In this document: one piece after another, positions 39,642 through 48,961 of the stretch
Position numbering within the stretch: position 1 is the first letter of the stretch
Layout: each line of letters opens with the position of its first letter
Assembly (NCBI RefSeq): GCF_000006765.1
Contig: NC_002516.2
Direction: 5' to 3' (one strand)
Source of the DNA: Pseudomonas aeruginosa PAO1
Lineage (GTDB): Bacteria; Pseudomonadota; Gammaproteobacteria; Pseudomonadales; Pseudomonadaceae
DNA length: 64,000 bases
Notes under the pieces: generated by a model
Database searches by the model: none
What the model was told of the DNA's origin: nothing
The model's input: only the letters and a program-made list of their open reading frames with translations
Position numbers and translations under genes: made by a program

Positions 39642-40753
39642 GGCCGCGCCTCCCCGGCGAACGCCGCCTGTGCCAGGCGCAGGAATTCGTTGTGGCGGAA
39701 ACGCCCGTCGCGGTCGTCGGCGTAGCGCACGATCACCAGCTTCTCCTCGGGCAGCACGTAGAGCGCCTGGCCCCAGTGGCCGAGCGCGGCGAAGGCGGTC
39801 TCGGCGACGTCCGGCCAGGGCGCCGGCGCGCCTTTCACCGCACGGTTCAACCACCACTGGCCGCCCGGCACCGCCTCGCCCTCCTCTTCCGCGCTCGGCC
39901 GGTAGCGGGCGAAGGGTGTCAGGTTGAACTCGACCCATGCCAGCGGCAGCAGTTGCCGCTCGCGCCAGCGCCCGTGGCGCTGCATCAGCAGGCCGACGCG
40001 CGCCAGGTCGCGGGCGCTCATGTAGACGTACGACGAGCCGACGAACGTGCCGGCGGCGTCTCGCTCCCATACCGCCGAACGGATGCCCAGCGGCTCGAAC
40101 AGCGCGCGCCAGGGGTACTCGGCATAGTCCGCGCCGAGCATGCCGTGGAGGGCCGCCGCCAGCACGTTGCTGTCGCCGCTGGAGTAGCGGAAACGCCGGC
40201 CCGGCGGCCGGGCCTGCGGGGTTTCGGCGACGAAGCCGGCCATGTCGTCACGCCCACGGGTGTAGAGCATCGCCACCACGGAGGATTTCAATGGCGCGAA
40301 CTCGTAGTCCTCCTGCCAGTCCAGTCCGGAAGACCAGTTCAGCAGGTGGCGCAACGTCACCTCGGGATGACGGGCGAACGGCGGGTAGTAGCGCGCCACC
40401 GGGTCGTCGAGCTGGAAGCGCCCTTCGCCCTCGGCGACGCCAAGCAGCGTGGCGAGCAGGCTCTTGCTCACCGACCAGGTAAGGTGCGGGGTCTCTGCAC
40501 GGCTCGGGCCGGCGTAGCGCTCATAGACCAGACGACCGTCGCGGATCACCACTACCGCGTCGGTGCGGATGCCTTTGCGACGAACATCGTCGCGACGACC
40601 GAAGGCATAGCGCTCGAATGCCTCCAGCGCCGGCCCCGCGGGCTGTTGGGCACGGGGCCAGTCGGTGTCGGGCCAGTCTTCGGCCAGGGCAGGGAGGGCG
40701 AATACCAGGGCCAGCGCGGCGAGGGCGCGGCGGGACAACGGCAAAGCGGGCAT
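39638..40753 (-). CDS. Exported serine hydrolase, beta-lactamase class C fold (about 371 aa)
   Basis: SxxK (SVSK), YSS, GHWGQ; signal peptide; start may be 40792. Confidence 0.88.
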   Translation of the reverse strand: MPALPLSRRALAALALVFALPALAEDWPDTDWPRAQQPAGPALEAFERYAFGRRDDVRRKGIRTDAVVVIRDGRLVYERYAGPSRAETPHLTWSVSKSLLATLLGVAEGEGRFQLDDPVARYYPPFARHPEVTLRHLLNWSSGLDWQEDYEFAPLKSSVVAMLYTRGRDDMAGFVAETPQARPPGRRFRYSSGDSNVLAAALHGMLGADYAEYPWRALFEPLGIRSAVWERDAAGTFVGSSYVYMSARDLARVGLLMQRHGRWRERQLLPLAWVEFNLTPFARYRPSAEEEGEAVPGGQWWLNRAVKGAPAPWPDVAETAFAALGHWGQALYVLPEEKLVIVRYADDRDGRFRHNEFLRLAQAAFAGEARP

Positions 40754-40820
40754 CGGCGGGCCCTCTCGACGGTCGAGGGGCAACCCTAGCATGGCCTCGA
40801 TGACGCCAGGAAGCGCGGAC

Positions 40821-41606
40821 TCAGCCTGGCATGCGGTAGTCGTCCGGGCCGAGCAGGTCGATGCCGCACTCGAGGTTCTCGATCCAGTAGAGGAAGGCGC
40901 TGATCATTTCCTTGCCGACGAAGGGCCGCCCGTGTTGCGGCACGATCATCTCCACATCCATGTCCCGGACCATCCGCGCCCACAGGCGGCAGATCTTGTT
41001 CGCCGCCATGTAGCGGCGATGGAATCCGTCCATGTACTGGATATGCGCGGCGAAATCGCTGACCGGCGCCGCGTCGTCCACCAGCGAGGCGCCCATATCG
41101 CCCGAGAAAAGGATCTTGCTCACCGGGTCGTAGAGCTGGAAGTTGCCCACCGAATGCAGGAAATGCGCGGGGATCGCCTTCAGCGAGCAGTCGCCGAGAG
41201 CGATCGCCTGGCCGCGGTCGGGCAACGGCATGACCCGGTCGTAGGTGTTGATGCCATGGCTGACCGCCAGGTAGTTGGCCGTCAGGTGCGGCAGGAAGCG
41301 CGCCCACAGCTTGGAGCAGATCACCCGGGCGCGGGTGTGCAGCAGCCACTTGTCGAGGGCGGCGATGATGTCCGGGTCCTGGTGCGAAGCGAAGATGTAG
41401 TCCAGCTCCTGCAGCGGAAAGCGTTTCGACAATTCCAGCGAGAGCGGCGTGTAGGTCAGGTCGCCGCCGGGATCGAGCAGCAGGTACTGGCCGTTGTCGA
41501 CGATCAGGAACTGGTTGGACTGGACCCCTTCGCCGCTGACGAGGTCATCGAAACACAGGCACTGGTGGCTGCCGTTGTCGAACAGCACGATCGGTTCGCG
41601 TCGCAT
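40821..41606 (-). CDS. Metallo-beta-lactamase-fold di-iron protein (ODP/FprA N-domain-like, 261 aa)
   Basis: SHQDPD, HFLHSVGN, FSGDMG, PQHG; no flavodoxin domain. Confidence 0.8.
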   Translation of the reverse strand: MRREPIVLFDNGSHQCLCFDDLVSGEGVQSNQFLIVDNGQYLLLDPGGDLTYTPLSLELSKRFPLQELDYIFASHQDPDIIAALDKWLLHTRARVICSKLWARFLPHLTANYLAVSHGINTYDRVMPLPDRGQAIALGDCSLKAIPAHFLHSVGNFQLYDPVSKILFSGDMGASLVDDAAPVSDFAAHIQYMDGFHRRYMAANKICRLWARMVRDMDVEMIVPQHGRPFVGKEMISAFLYWIENLECGIDLLGPDDYRMPG

Positions 41607-41690
41607 GGTCGGTGAAATCTACTCTGTGCAGGCGCCGAGGAGCATTCCTCGCCGGATGCTGCGCAGGGTAAGCGCCTGCGGCGCGGCGCC

Positions 41691-42587
41691 TCACTGACCT
41701 GGGTCAAGCCCGAGGCGGGTCAAGGCCTTCTCCAGGCGAACTTTGCGGGCCCCGTTGGCAATCGCCAGCAAGCCGCGATCGCGTTGCCACAATGCCTCCC
41801 AGGTCGAGGCGTTGGCGGCGAAGGCGGCATCCAGTTGCCCCTCCAGCGCCGAGAACTGTTCGAACAGCCCAGCCAGTACCGCCTGGGTGCCGACGCAGGC
41901 GACCGGATGCCGCGCGACCTCGGCGCAGCCGCCGAGGATGCCGGCCAGGCGCAGCAGCAGCGGCGAGGGCCAGCCGCATTCATGGCCGACCCCATAGAGC
42001 CAGCCGACCAGCGCCGCCAGCACATGGACATCCTCCAGCAGGCGGAACGGCCTGACGTAGTCGTCCCAACCATCGCCGGGCAGGCGCTCGCAATGGGCAC
42101 CGTCGAGCAACAGGCGGGAATGCGGCACATCCGGCATCAGCGGCAGCGCCGGCAACGCCTCCAGGCGCGCCCCCGGGGCGCCGGCCAGGACCACCGTCAT
42201 CGACAGTCGCGGCGGCTGCCCCGGTGCCTCGTCGCGGGCGGCCACCAGCCACCAGGAGGCGCTGTCGCCAGCGGTGACGAAATCCTTTTGTCCATGCAGG
42301 ACCAGCCCCTCCAGGCGGGTCTGCAGGTCCGCCGGGCGCACGCTGCGCTTCTCGGTCACGCACAGCGCGCCGAGACCTTCCGGCGCCGCCGGCCAGAGCG
42401 CGCGCAGGGCCGCCTGGTAGCCGGCGAGGAAGGCCAGGCCCGGACTCGCCGCCAATCGTCCGCCGAGCACCGCCCGCTCCAGGGTGCCAAGACCGTCGGC
42501 GCGCGCCAGGGCGGCGGCGTGCCAGTCTTCCAGGGAGCCTTCGGTGGGCAGGCGGTCGAGCGGGCCGAGCAAGCGTTGCCAGGACAT
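41691..42587 (-). CDS. Short acyl-CoA dehydrogenase-like protein (298 aa)
   Basis: ALCVTE and [13 protein letters not shown] middle-domain motifs. Confidence 0.75.
41694..41707 (-). promoter_or_regulatory. Anr/Fnr box within the last codons of the upstream gene
   Basis: Minus strand TTGAC-CCAG-GTCAG, about 90 nt upstream of ATG 41606. Confidence 0.6.
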
Positions 42588-42672
42588 GGCGGACTCCAGT
42601 GTGGAATGTGTCGGAACCGGCATCCTGCCGAGGGTGCCAGCGTTGAACAACGGCGCGTTACATCCGGCGACA

Positions 42673-42712
42673 ATGTCATACAAGCATCACGCCCCTGTCA
42701 CAGGGGTGACAC
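42673..42712 (+). promoter_or_regulatory. Pho box array upstream of olsB
   Basis: ATGTCAT/GCATCAC/CTGTCAC at 11-bp period, followed by inverted half-site GTGACAC. Confidence 0.7.
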
Positions 42713-42789
42713 CGCGCCTTCCTAGCCTGAGCTTGCACAACAAAGCCGAGCGGCCGCAACCCGCGGCGCCGGCCCAAGGAGGCCCAGGC

Positions 42790-43545
42790 ATGACCCAGAC
42801 CGCCATTACCCGCGAACCCGTCGCCGGACGCCGCCTGAAGGCCGAGCGCCTGAACGGCGCCCGCGCCCTGCGCGAGGCCCAGGCCCTGCGCTACCGCGTA
42901 TTCAGCGCCGAGTTCGACGCCAAGCTCGAAGGCGCCGAAGACGGCCTCGACCGCGACGACTACGACCGTCACTGCGCGCACATCGGCGTCCGCGACCTCG
43001 ACAGCGGCGCCCTGGTGGCCACCACCCGGCTGCTCGACCATCGCGCCGCCGAACGCCTCGGGCGCTTCTACAGCGAAGAGGAGTTCCACCTCTCCGGCCT
43101 CGACGCCCTGCACGGCCCGGTCCTGGAGATCGGCCGCACCTGCGTCGCTCCCGAATACCGCAACGGCGCCACCATCGCGGTACTCTGGGGCGAACTCGCC
43201 GAGGTCCTCAACGAGGGCGGCTACCGCTACCTGATGGGCTGCGCCAGCATTCCCATGCGCGACGGCGGTATGCAGGCCAAGGCGGTGATGCAGCGGCTGC
43301 GCGAACGCTACCTGTGCACCGACTACCTGCAGGCCGAGCCGAAGAACCCGCTGCCGCCGCTGGACGTCCCGGAAAACCTCACCGCCGAGCTGCCGCCGCT
43401 GCTCAAGGCCTACATGCGCCTGGGCGCCAAGATCTGCGGCGAGCCTTGCTGGGACCCGGATTTCCAGGTCGCCGACGTGTTCATCCTGCTCAAGCGCGAC
43501 GAACTCTGCCCGCGCTACGCCCGCCACTTCAAGGCAGCGGTCTGA
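42790..43545 (+). CDS. olsB: Ornithine N-acyltransferase (lyso-ornithine lipid synthase, 251 aa)
   Basis: GNAT-5 family: [30 protein letters not shown]. Confidence 0.92.
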
Positions 43546-44321
43546 TGGCGCGGCTGCGCCTGCTGCTGCGCAGCGCACGCCTGCTCGGGCTGGTCGCGCT
43601 CGGACTGGGCCTGGCCGCTTGGGTCAGCCTGCGCGAGCGGCTGCCCGGCGCCGACGTCACGCCGCTGCGCCAGCGCCTGACCCGCTGGTGGCTGGCGCGC
43701 CTCTGCGCGGCCCTGCCCTTCGAGGTCAGGGTCAGCGGCGAAGCGCCCCGGCAACCCATGCTGTGGGTAGCCAACCATGTGTCCTGGACCGATATCCCGC
43801 TGCTCGGCGCCCTGGCGCCGCTGACCTTCCTGTCCAAGGCCGAGGTGCGTGCCTGGCCGCTGGCCGGCTGGCTGGCGGAAAAGGCCGGCACCCTGTTCAT
43901 CCGCCGCGGCTCGGGCGACAGCCGGCTGATCAACCAGCGCTTGGCCGAACAATTGCACCGTGGGCGCAACCTGCTGATCTTCCCGGAAGGCACCACCACC
44001 AACGGCGAAAGCCTGCGCACCTTCCACGGTCGCCTGATGGCCAGCGCCCTGGAAGCCGGCGTGGCGGTGCAGCCGGTGGCGATCAGCTACCGCCGCGACG
44101 GCGTGCCCGATGCGCAGGCGCCGTTCATCGGCGACGACGACTTGCTCAGCCACCTCGGCCGCCTGCTGCGCGGCGAGCGCGGCAGCGTGCATATCCAGCT
44201 GCTGGAACCGATCCCCAGCCAGGGCCTGGACCGCGCCGAACTGGCCCGCCAGGCCCAGCAGGCGGTGCGCCTGGCGCTGTTCGGCACTGCCGCCCCTACG
44301 CAAACCCGGCGCGCCGCCTAG
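43545..44321 (+). CDS. olsA: Lyso-ornithine lipid O-acyltransferase (258 aa)
   Basis: NHVSWTD (HX4D), FPEGTT; TGATG coupling. Confidence 0.92.
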   Translation: MARLRLLLRSARLLGLVALGLGLAAWVSLRERLPGADVTPLRQRLTRWWLARLCAALPFEVRVSGEAPRQPMLWVANHVSWTDIPLLGALAPLTFLSKAEVRAWPLAGWLAEKAGTLFIRRGSGDSRLINQRLAEQLHRGRNLLIFPEGTTTNGESLRTFHGRLMASALEAGVAVQPVAISYRRDGVPDAQAPFIGDDDLLSHLGRLLRGERGSVHIQLLEPIPSQGLDRAELARQAQQAVRLALFGTAAPTQTRRAA

Positions 44322-45178
44322 TCGCGCTTGGGCGGCACCGCCAGCACGTCGCACGGCAGGTCGCCGAGGGCCGCCTCGGCCACGCTGCCGATCAGCGCGC
44401 GGCGGAAGCCGGTCAGGCCCTGGGTGCCGAGCACCGTCAACTGCGGCGCCTGGCGGCGTACCTCGGTCATGATCACGTTGATCGGCAAGCCTTCGCCGAC
44501 GCGCAACTGGATGTCCTCGCGGCCCAGCCCCAGGCCGGCGACGTAGTCGCGCAGCTCGACGTTGGCCTTGAGTTCCTCCTGGTCGACGTAATGCTCGACG
44601 CGGTCTTCCTTGATCCCCGAATAACGCATCATGCCCTTGGCGAACGGCTCGAAGGCATGCAGCGCGGTAAGGCTGGCGGCGTCGAGGAAGCCGAGCTGGC
44701 CGGCCATCTGCACCGCGCGCGTCGAGGTCGGCGAGAAGTCCAGCGCCAGCAGCACCCGGCGGTACTCCTCTTCCGGCGCACCGGCCGCGCGCAGCACCGG
44801 GATCTTCGCATTGCGTACCACCCGCTCCAGGGTGGTGCCGATGAACAGGTCGCGCAGCGGCGTGTGCCGGTGCGCGCCCATCACCAGCAGGTCGGCGCCG
44901 ATCTCCTCGGCCACCGCGTTGATCACCACCACCGGATCGCCGACCCGCACGATCGCCTTGGACTCGACGCCGAGGCGCTCCTTCAGGGCCTGTCCGTTCA
45001 CTTCCAGCAGGTTGGCGATGGCCAGCCGTTGCGGCGCGATCAGCACCGGCGGCTGGTCGTCGTCGAGCACGTTCAGCACGGTCAGTTCGGCATTCCTCGC
45101 CTTGGCCAGCGCCGCGGCGCGCATGACCGCCAGCTCGGAACGCGAGGACAGGTCGGTCGCCACCAGGATTCGTTTCAT
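44318..45178 (-). CDS. Tandem universal stress protein (286 aa)
   Basis: MKRILVATDLS; two USP domains; IGSVAE...CDVLAV. Confidence 0.92.
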   Translation of the reverse strand: MKRILVATDLSSRSELAVMRAAALAKARNAELTVLNVLDDDQPPVLIAPQRLAIANLLEVNGQALKERLGVESKAIVRVGDPVVVINAVAEEIGADLLVMGAHRHTPLRDLFIGTTLERVVRNAKIPVLRAAGAPEEEYRRVLLALDFSPTSTRAVQMAGQLGFLDAASLTALHAFEPFAKGMMRYSGIKEDRVEHYVDQEELKANVELRDYVAGLGLGREDIQLRVGEGLPINVIMTEVRRQAPQLTVLGTQGLTGFRRALIGSVAEAALGDLPCDVLAVPPKRD

Positions 45179-45244
45179 CTTCCACCTCCATTGGCAGAGC
45201 GTTGAACGTCGGCCCCATTGAACGATCGACGCGACCGCTGCCGG

Positions 45245-45258
45245 TTGATGTGCATCAA
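45245..45258 (-). promoter_or_regulatory. Perfect Anr/Fnr box
   Basis: TTGAT-GTGC-ATCAA upstream of the USP gene. Confidence 0.88.
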
Positions 45259-45327
45259 GCGGATGCTTCGGACTGAAACAATTGATAGGTGATTCCGCCG
45301 GCCGGGCCAATGGCCGCTGCGCCAGGC

Positions 45328-45900
45328 TCAGCGCTGGCTCAGGGCGAAAGCCTGGAGTTGCGGGTAGAAGGCGCGGAAATCCGCGCTCAGGTCATCGTAG
45401 CGCTGGGCCAGTTCTTCCCAGGAACCGTCCAGCAGGTGCGGTCGCGACAGCCTCCGCGACATACCGCCCAGCACTTCGCGCAAGACCGCGAACTCGCGGT
45501 AGCTGCCCAACCAGTCCTGGGCCGCCATCCGCGGCGCGATGCGCGCCAGGCGCTCCGGCAGCGGCGAGGCGGTGCGCAGGGTGCCGTAGACCCGCTCGAC
45601 GAACTGCGGCAGCGGTTCGTCGGCGTAGTCGTTCCAGTCGCGCGCCAGGCAGTGGTCGAAGAACACGTCCAGCAGGACGCCGGCGAAACGCCGGCGCTCC
45701 AGCGGGAAGCGCCGCTTGGCCGCATGCACCAGTGGGTGGCTGTCGGTGAAGGCGTCGATGCGCCGGTGCAACTGGATGGCCCGCTCGATCTCGTCCGGCC
45801 ATTGTCCCTGCAGGCGGCCCTTGACGAAGTCGCCGTACAGGCTGCCGAGCAGTTGGGCCGGTTGCGGGCCGCCGAGGTGGAGATGCGCGAGGTAGTTCAT
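45328..45900 (-). CDS. acpH: Acyl carrier protein phosphodiesterase (190 aa)
   Basis: MNYLAHLHL, GDFVKG, HRRIDAFTDSHP, DVFFDH. Confidence 0.9.
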   Translation of the reverse strand: MNYLAHLHLGGPQPAQLLGSLYGDFVKGRLQGQWPDEIERAIQLHRRIDAFTDSHPLVHAAKRRFPLERRRFAGVLLDVFFDHCLARDWNDYADEPLPQFVERVYGTLRTASPLPERLARIAPRMAAQDWLGSYREFAVLREVLGGMSRRLSRPHLLDGSWEELAQRYDDLSADFRAFYPQLQAFALSQR

Positions 45901-45988
45901 GCGGGCTAGCTTACCCCAGGGACGGAACGGTCGTTTCGATCATCGTCATCAGCCCTGTCGATAGCGACTATCGTCGCAATCGATCCCC

Positions 45989-46030
45989 ATATCGTCCCAC
46001 ACCGATATATAGTTCGTCCCAACCCGATAT
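45989..46030 (+). promoter_or_regulatory. Tandem palindromic operator upstream of pyeR
   Basis: ATATCG-N8-CGATAT plus a second copy; 17-mers TCGTCCCACACCGATAT and TCGTCCCAACCCGATAT at 22-bp period. Confidence 0.6.
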
Positions 46031-46052
46031 GGACGGCCAACGGACCACCGCC

Positions 46053-46355
46053 ATGCCACTGGACATCGACGAAATCATCAAGGCTCTCTCCCACCCGGTG
46101 CGACGCGACATGCTGCGCTGGCTGAAGGAACCGGAGAAGTACTTCGTCGAGCAGGACCACCCGTTCGAGATCGGCGTCTGCGCCGGCAAGTTCGACCAGC
46201 GTACCGGTCTCTCCCAGTCCACCGTATCGGTACACCTCGCCACCCTGCAACGCGCCGGTCTGGTGACCAGCCGCCGGGTCGGCCAGTGGAACTTCTTCAA
46301 GCGCAACGAGGAGACCATCCAGGCCTTCCTCGACCAACTCGGCGACGAGCTGTAA
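46053..46355 (+). CDS. pyeR: ArsR/SmtB-family repressor (100 aa)
   Basis: IKALSHPVR, SQSTVSVHLATLQRAGLV. Confidence 0.88.
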   Translation: MPLDIDEIIKALSHPVRRDMLRWLKEPEKYFVEQDHPFEIGVCAGKFDQRTGLSQSTVSVHLATLQRAGLVTSRRVGQWNFFKRNEETIQAFLDQLGDEL

Positions 46356-46403
46356 GCAGCACTCGCTTCCACCCCACCACCTCGCAGTCCAGGAGCTCGA
46401 CCG

Positions 46404-47570
46404 ATGCCGGCGTCTCTTCTCGTCCTCGCTTTATCCGCCTTTGCCATCGGTACCACCGAATTCGTCATCATGGGCCTGCTGCCGCAGGTCGCCGGCGACC
46501 TGCGGGTATCCATTCCCAGCGCCGGCTGGCTGATCAGCGGCTACGCCTTCGCCGTGGCCTTCGGCGCCCCGCTGATGGCCATGGCCACCGCCCGCCTGGA
46601 GCGCAAGAAAGCCCTGCTCGCGCTGATGGGCATCTTCATCGTCGGCAACCTGCTCTGCGCGGTGGCCGCCAACTACGGCCTGCTGATGCTGGCGCGGATC
46701 GTCACCGCGCTCTGCCATGGCGCCTTCTTCGGCATCGGCTCGGTGGTCGCCGCCAGCCTGGTGGCGCCGAACCGCCGCGCTTCCGCCGTGGCCCTGATGT
46801 TCACCGGCCTGACCCTGGCCAACGTGCTCGGCGTGCCGCTGGGTACCGCGCTCGGCCAGGAAGCCGGCTGGCGCGCGACCTTCTGGGTGGTGACCCTGAT
46901 CGGCGTGGTCGCCTTCGTCGGCCTGGCCAGGGTGCTGCCAAACGACCGCGAGGAAGAGAAGGTCGACCTGCGCCAGGAAATGTCCGCGCTGAAGAACCCG
47001 TCGCTGTGGCTGGCCCTGGGCACCACCGTGCTGTTCGCCGCCTCGATGTTCGCCCTGTTCACCTACGTCGCGCCGCTGCTCGGCGAAGTCACCGGGGTCA
47101 GCCCGCGCGGCGTGACCTGGACCCTGCTGCTGATCGGCGTCGGCCTGACCGTCGGCAACGTGATCGGCGGCCGCCTCGCCGACTGGCGCCTGGGCACCAC
47201 CATGGCCGCGGTGTTCGCCGCCATGGCGCTGGTCTCGGCGCTGTTCAGCTGGACCAGCCAGGCCCTGCTGCCGGCGGAAATCACCCTGTTCTTCTGGGCC
47301 GCCGCCGCCTTCGCCGCGGTGCCCGCGCTGCAGGTCAACGTGGTCCGCGTCGGGCATGCCGCGCCGAACCTGGTGGCGACCCTGAACATCGGCGCCTTCA
47401 ACGTCGGCAACGCGCTCGGCGCCTGGGTCGGCGGCAGCGTCATCGACCACGGCCTGGGCCTGACCCGCGTGCCGCTGGCCGCCGCCGCGCTGGCCGCGCT
47501 GGCGCTACTGGCCACCCTGATCGCCTTTTCCGGAAACGGCCGCGCCCAGGCGCAGCCGGTCCTCGATTGA
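46404..47570 (+). CDS. pyeM: MFS (DHA1) efflux transporter (388 aa)
   Basis: AFAIGTTEFVIMGLL; 12 TM. Confidence 0.88.
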   Translation: MPASLLVLALSAFAIGTTEFVIMGLLPQVAGDLRVSIPSAGWLISGYAFAVAFGAPLMAMATARLERKKALLALMGIFIVGNLLCAVAANYGLLMLARIVTALCHGAFFGIGSVVAASLVAPNRRASAVALMFTGLTLANVLGVPLGTALGQEAGWRATFWVVTLIGVVAFVGLARVLPNDREEEKVDLRQEMSALKNPSLWLALGTTVLFAASMFALFTYVAPLLGEVTGVSPRGVTWTLLLIGVGLTVGNVIGGRLADWRLGTTMAAVFAAMALVSALFSWTSQALLPAEITLFFWAAAAFAAVPALQVNVVRVGHAAPNLVATLNIGAFNVGNALGAWVGGSVIDHGLGLTRVPLAAAALAALALLATLIAFSGNGRAQAQPVLD

Positions 47571-47606
47571 TCCCCTGTCCGTCTATTCCCTAGTGGAGGA
47601 TGTTCC

Positions 47607-48659
47607 ATGGCTACTCTGTTCGATCCCATCGTGCTCGGCGACCTCGAGCTGCCCAACCGCATCGTCATGGCGCCGCTGACCCGCTGCCGCGCCGATGAAG
47701 GCCGCGTGCCCAACGCCCTGATGGCCGAGTACTACGCCCAGCGCGCCGATGCAGGCCTGATCCTCAGCGAGGCCACCGCGGTCACGCCGATGGGCGTGGG
47801 CTACCCCGACACCCCCGGCATCTGGTCCGATGACCAGGTCCGTGGCTGGAGCAACGTGACCAAGGCGGTGCACGCCGCCGGCGGGCGCATCTTCCTGCAA
47901 CTCTGGCACGTCGGGCGGATTTCCGATCCGCTCTACCTGAATGGCGAGCTGCCGGTGGCGCCGAGCGCCATCGCCGCCGAGGGGCACGTCAGCCTGGTGC
48001 GCCCGAAGCGTCCCTACGTCACCCCGCGCGCGCTGGACACCGAGGAGATCGCCGACATCGTCGAGGCCTACCGCCAGGGCGCCGAGCGGGCCAAGGCCGC
48101 CGGCTTCGACGGCGTGGAGATCCACGGCGCCAACGGCTACCTGCTCGACCAGTTCCTCCAGGACAGCACCAACAAGCGCACCGACCGCTACGGCGGCTCC
48201 ATCGAGAACCGCGCGCGCCTGCTGCTGGAGGTCACCGACGCGGCGATCTCCGTATGGGGCGCCCAGCGCGTCGGCGTACACCTGGCGCCGCGTGCCGACT
48301 CCCACGACATGGGCGATTCCAACCGCCTGGAAACCTTCAGCCATGTCGCCCGTGAGCTGGGCAAGCGCGGCATCGCCTTCATCTGCGCCCGCGAAGCGCA
48401 GGCCGACGACAGCATCGGCGTAGCCCTGAAGAAAGCCTTCGGCGGACCCTACATCGCCAACGAGCAGTTCACCCTCGACAGCGCCAACGCCATCCTGGCC
48501 AAGGGCGACGCCGATGCGGTGGCCTTCGGCGTCCCCTTCATCGCCAACCCGGACCTGGTCGAACGCCTGCGCCAGGGCGCCGAACTGAACCCGCCGCGCC
48601 CGGAAACCTTCTATACCGGCGGTACCGAAGGCTACCTGGACTATCCGACCCTGGCCTGA
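47607..48659 (+). CDS. xenB: Old yellow enzyme / xenobiotic reductase (350 aa)
   Basis: NRIVMAPLTRCR, EIHGANGYLLDQF, FYTGGTEGYLDYP. Confidence 0.92.
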   Translation: MATLFDPIVLGDLELPNRIVMAPLTRCRADEGRVPNALMAEYYAQRADAGLILSEATAVTPMGVGYPDTPGIWSDDQVRGWSNVTKAVHAAGGRIFLQLWHVGRISDPLYLNGELPVAPSAIAAEGHVSLVRPKRPYVTPRALDTEEIADIVEAYRQGAERAKAAGFDGVEIHGANGYLLDQFLQDSTNKRTDRYGGSIENRARLLLEVTDAAISVWGAQRVGVHLAPRADSHDMGDSNRLETFSHVARELGKRGIAFICAREAQADDSIGVALKKAFGGPYIANEQFTLDSANAILAKGDADAVAFGVPFIANPDLVERLRQGAELNPPRPETFYTGGTEGYLDYPTLA

Positions 48660-48674
48660 TCGCGCCAGCCAGGA

Positions 48675-48705
48675 AGAGCCCGCCACGCTTGTCGTGGCGG
48701 GCTCT
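48675..48705. terminator. 13-bp hairpin between convergent xenB and feoC
   Basis: AGAGCCCGCCACG-cttgt-CGTGGCGGGCTCT; weak U-tract. Confidence 0.65.
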
Positions 48706-48718
48706 GTGCTTTGCCCGT

Positions 48719-48961
48719 CTAGCGCAGGCGGAAATACGGCTCCGGCTCCGCGCACGGATCGCGCTGGGCGCAGCCCTTGCAACCGCCGCCGCAACCGCCC
48801 GAGCTTTGCGCAGCCACCCGCTCGACCTTGCCGAGCGCGATCAGCCGCTCCAGGATCGCCTCCACCAGCGCCGGCGGCGCGTCCACCTGGCGGCTGAGCT
48901 GTTTCAGCCCACGCGCCTGGCCGTCTTCCAGGGCGGCGCGGAGCTGCATGAGTGTCGCCAT
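48719..48961 (-). CDS. feoC: Ferrous iron transport protein C (80 aa)
   Basis: Winged helix with CGGGCKGC...C; start overlaps the feoB stop. Confidence 0.88.
   Translation of the reverse strand: MATLMQLRAALEDGQARGLKQLSRQVDAPPALVEAILERLIALGKVERVAAQSSGGCGGGCKGCAQRDPCAEPEPYFRLR

Noticed and set aside
45992-46030. 17-nt direct repeats as a mini CRISPR array
   Set aside because: Two copies, 5-nt spacer, no cas genes; fits an operator.
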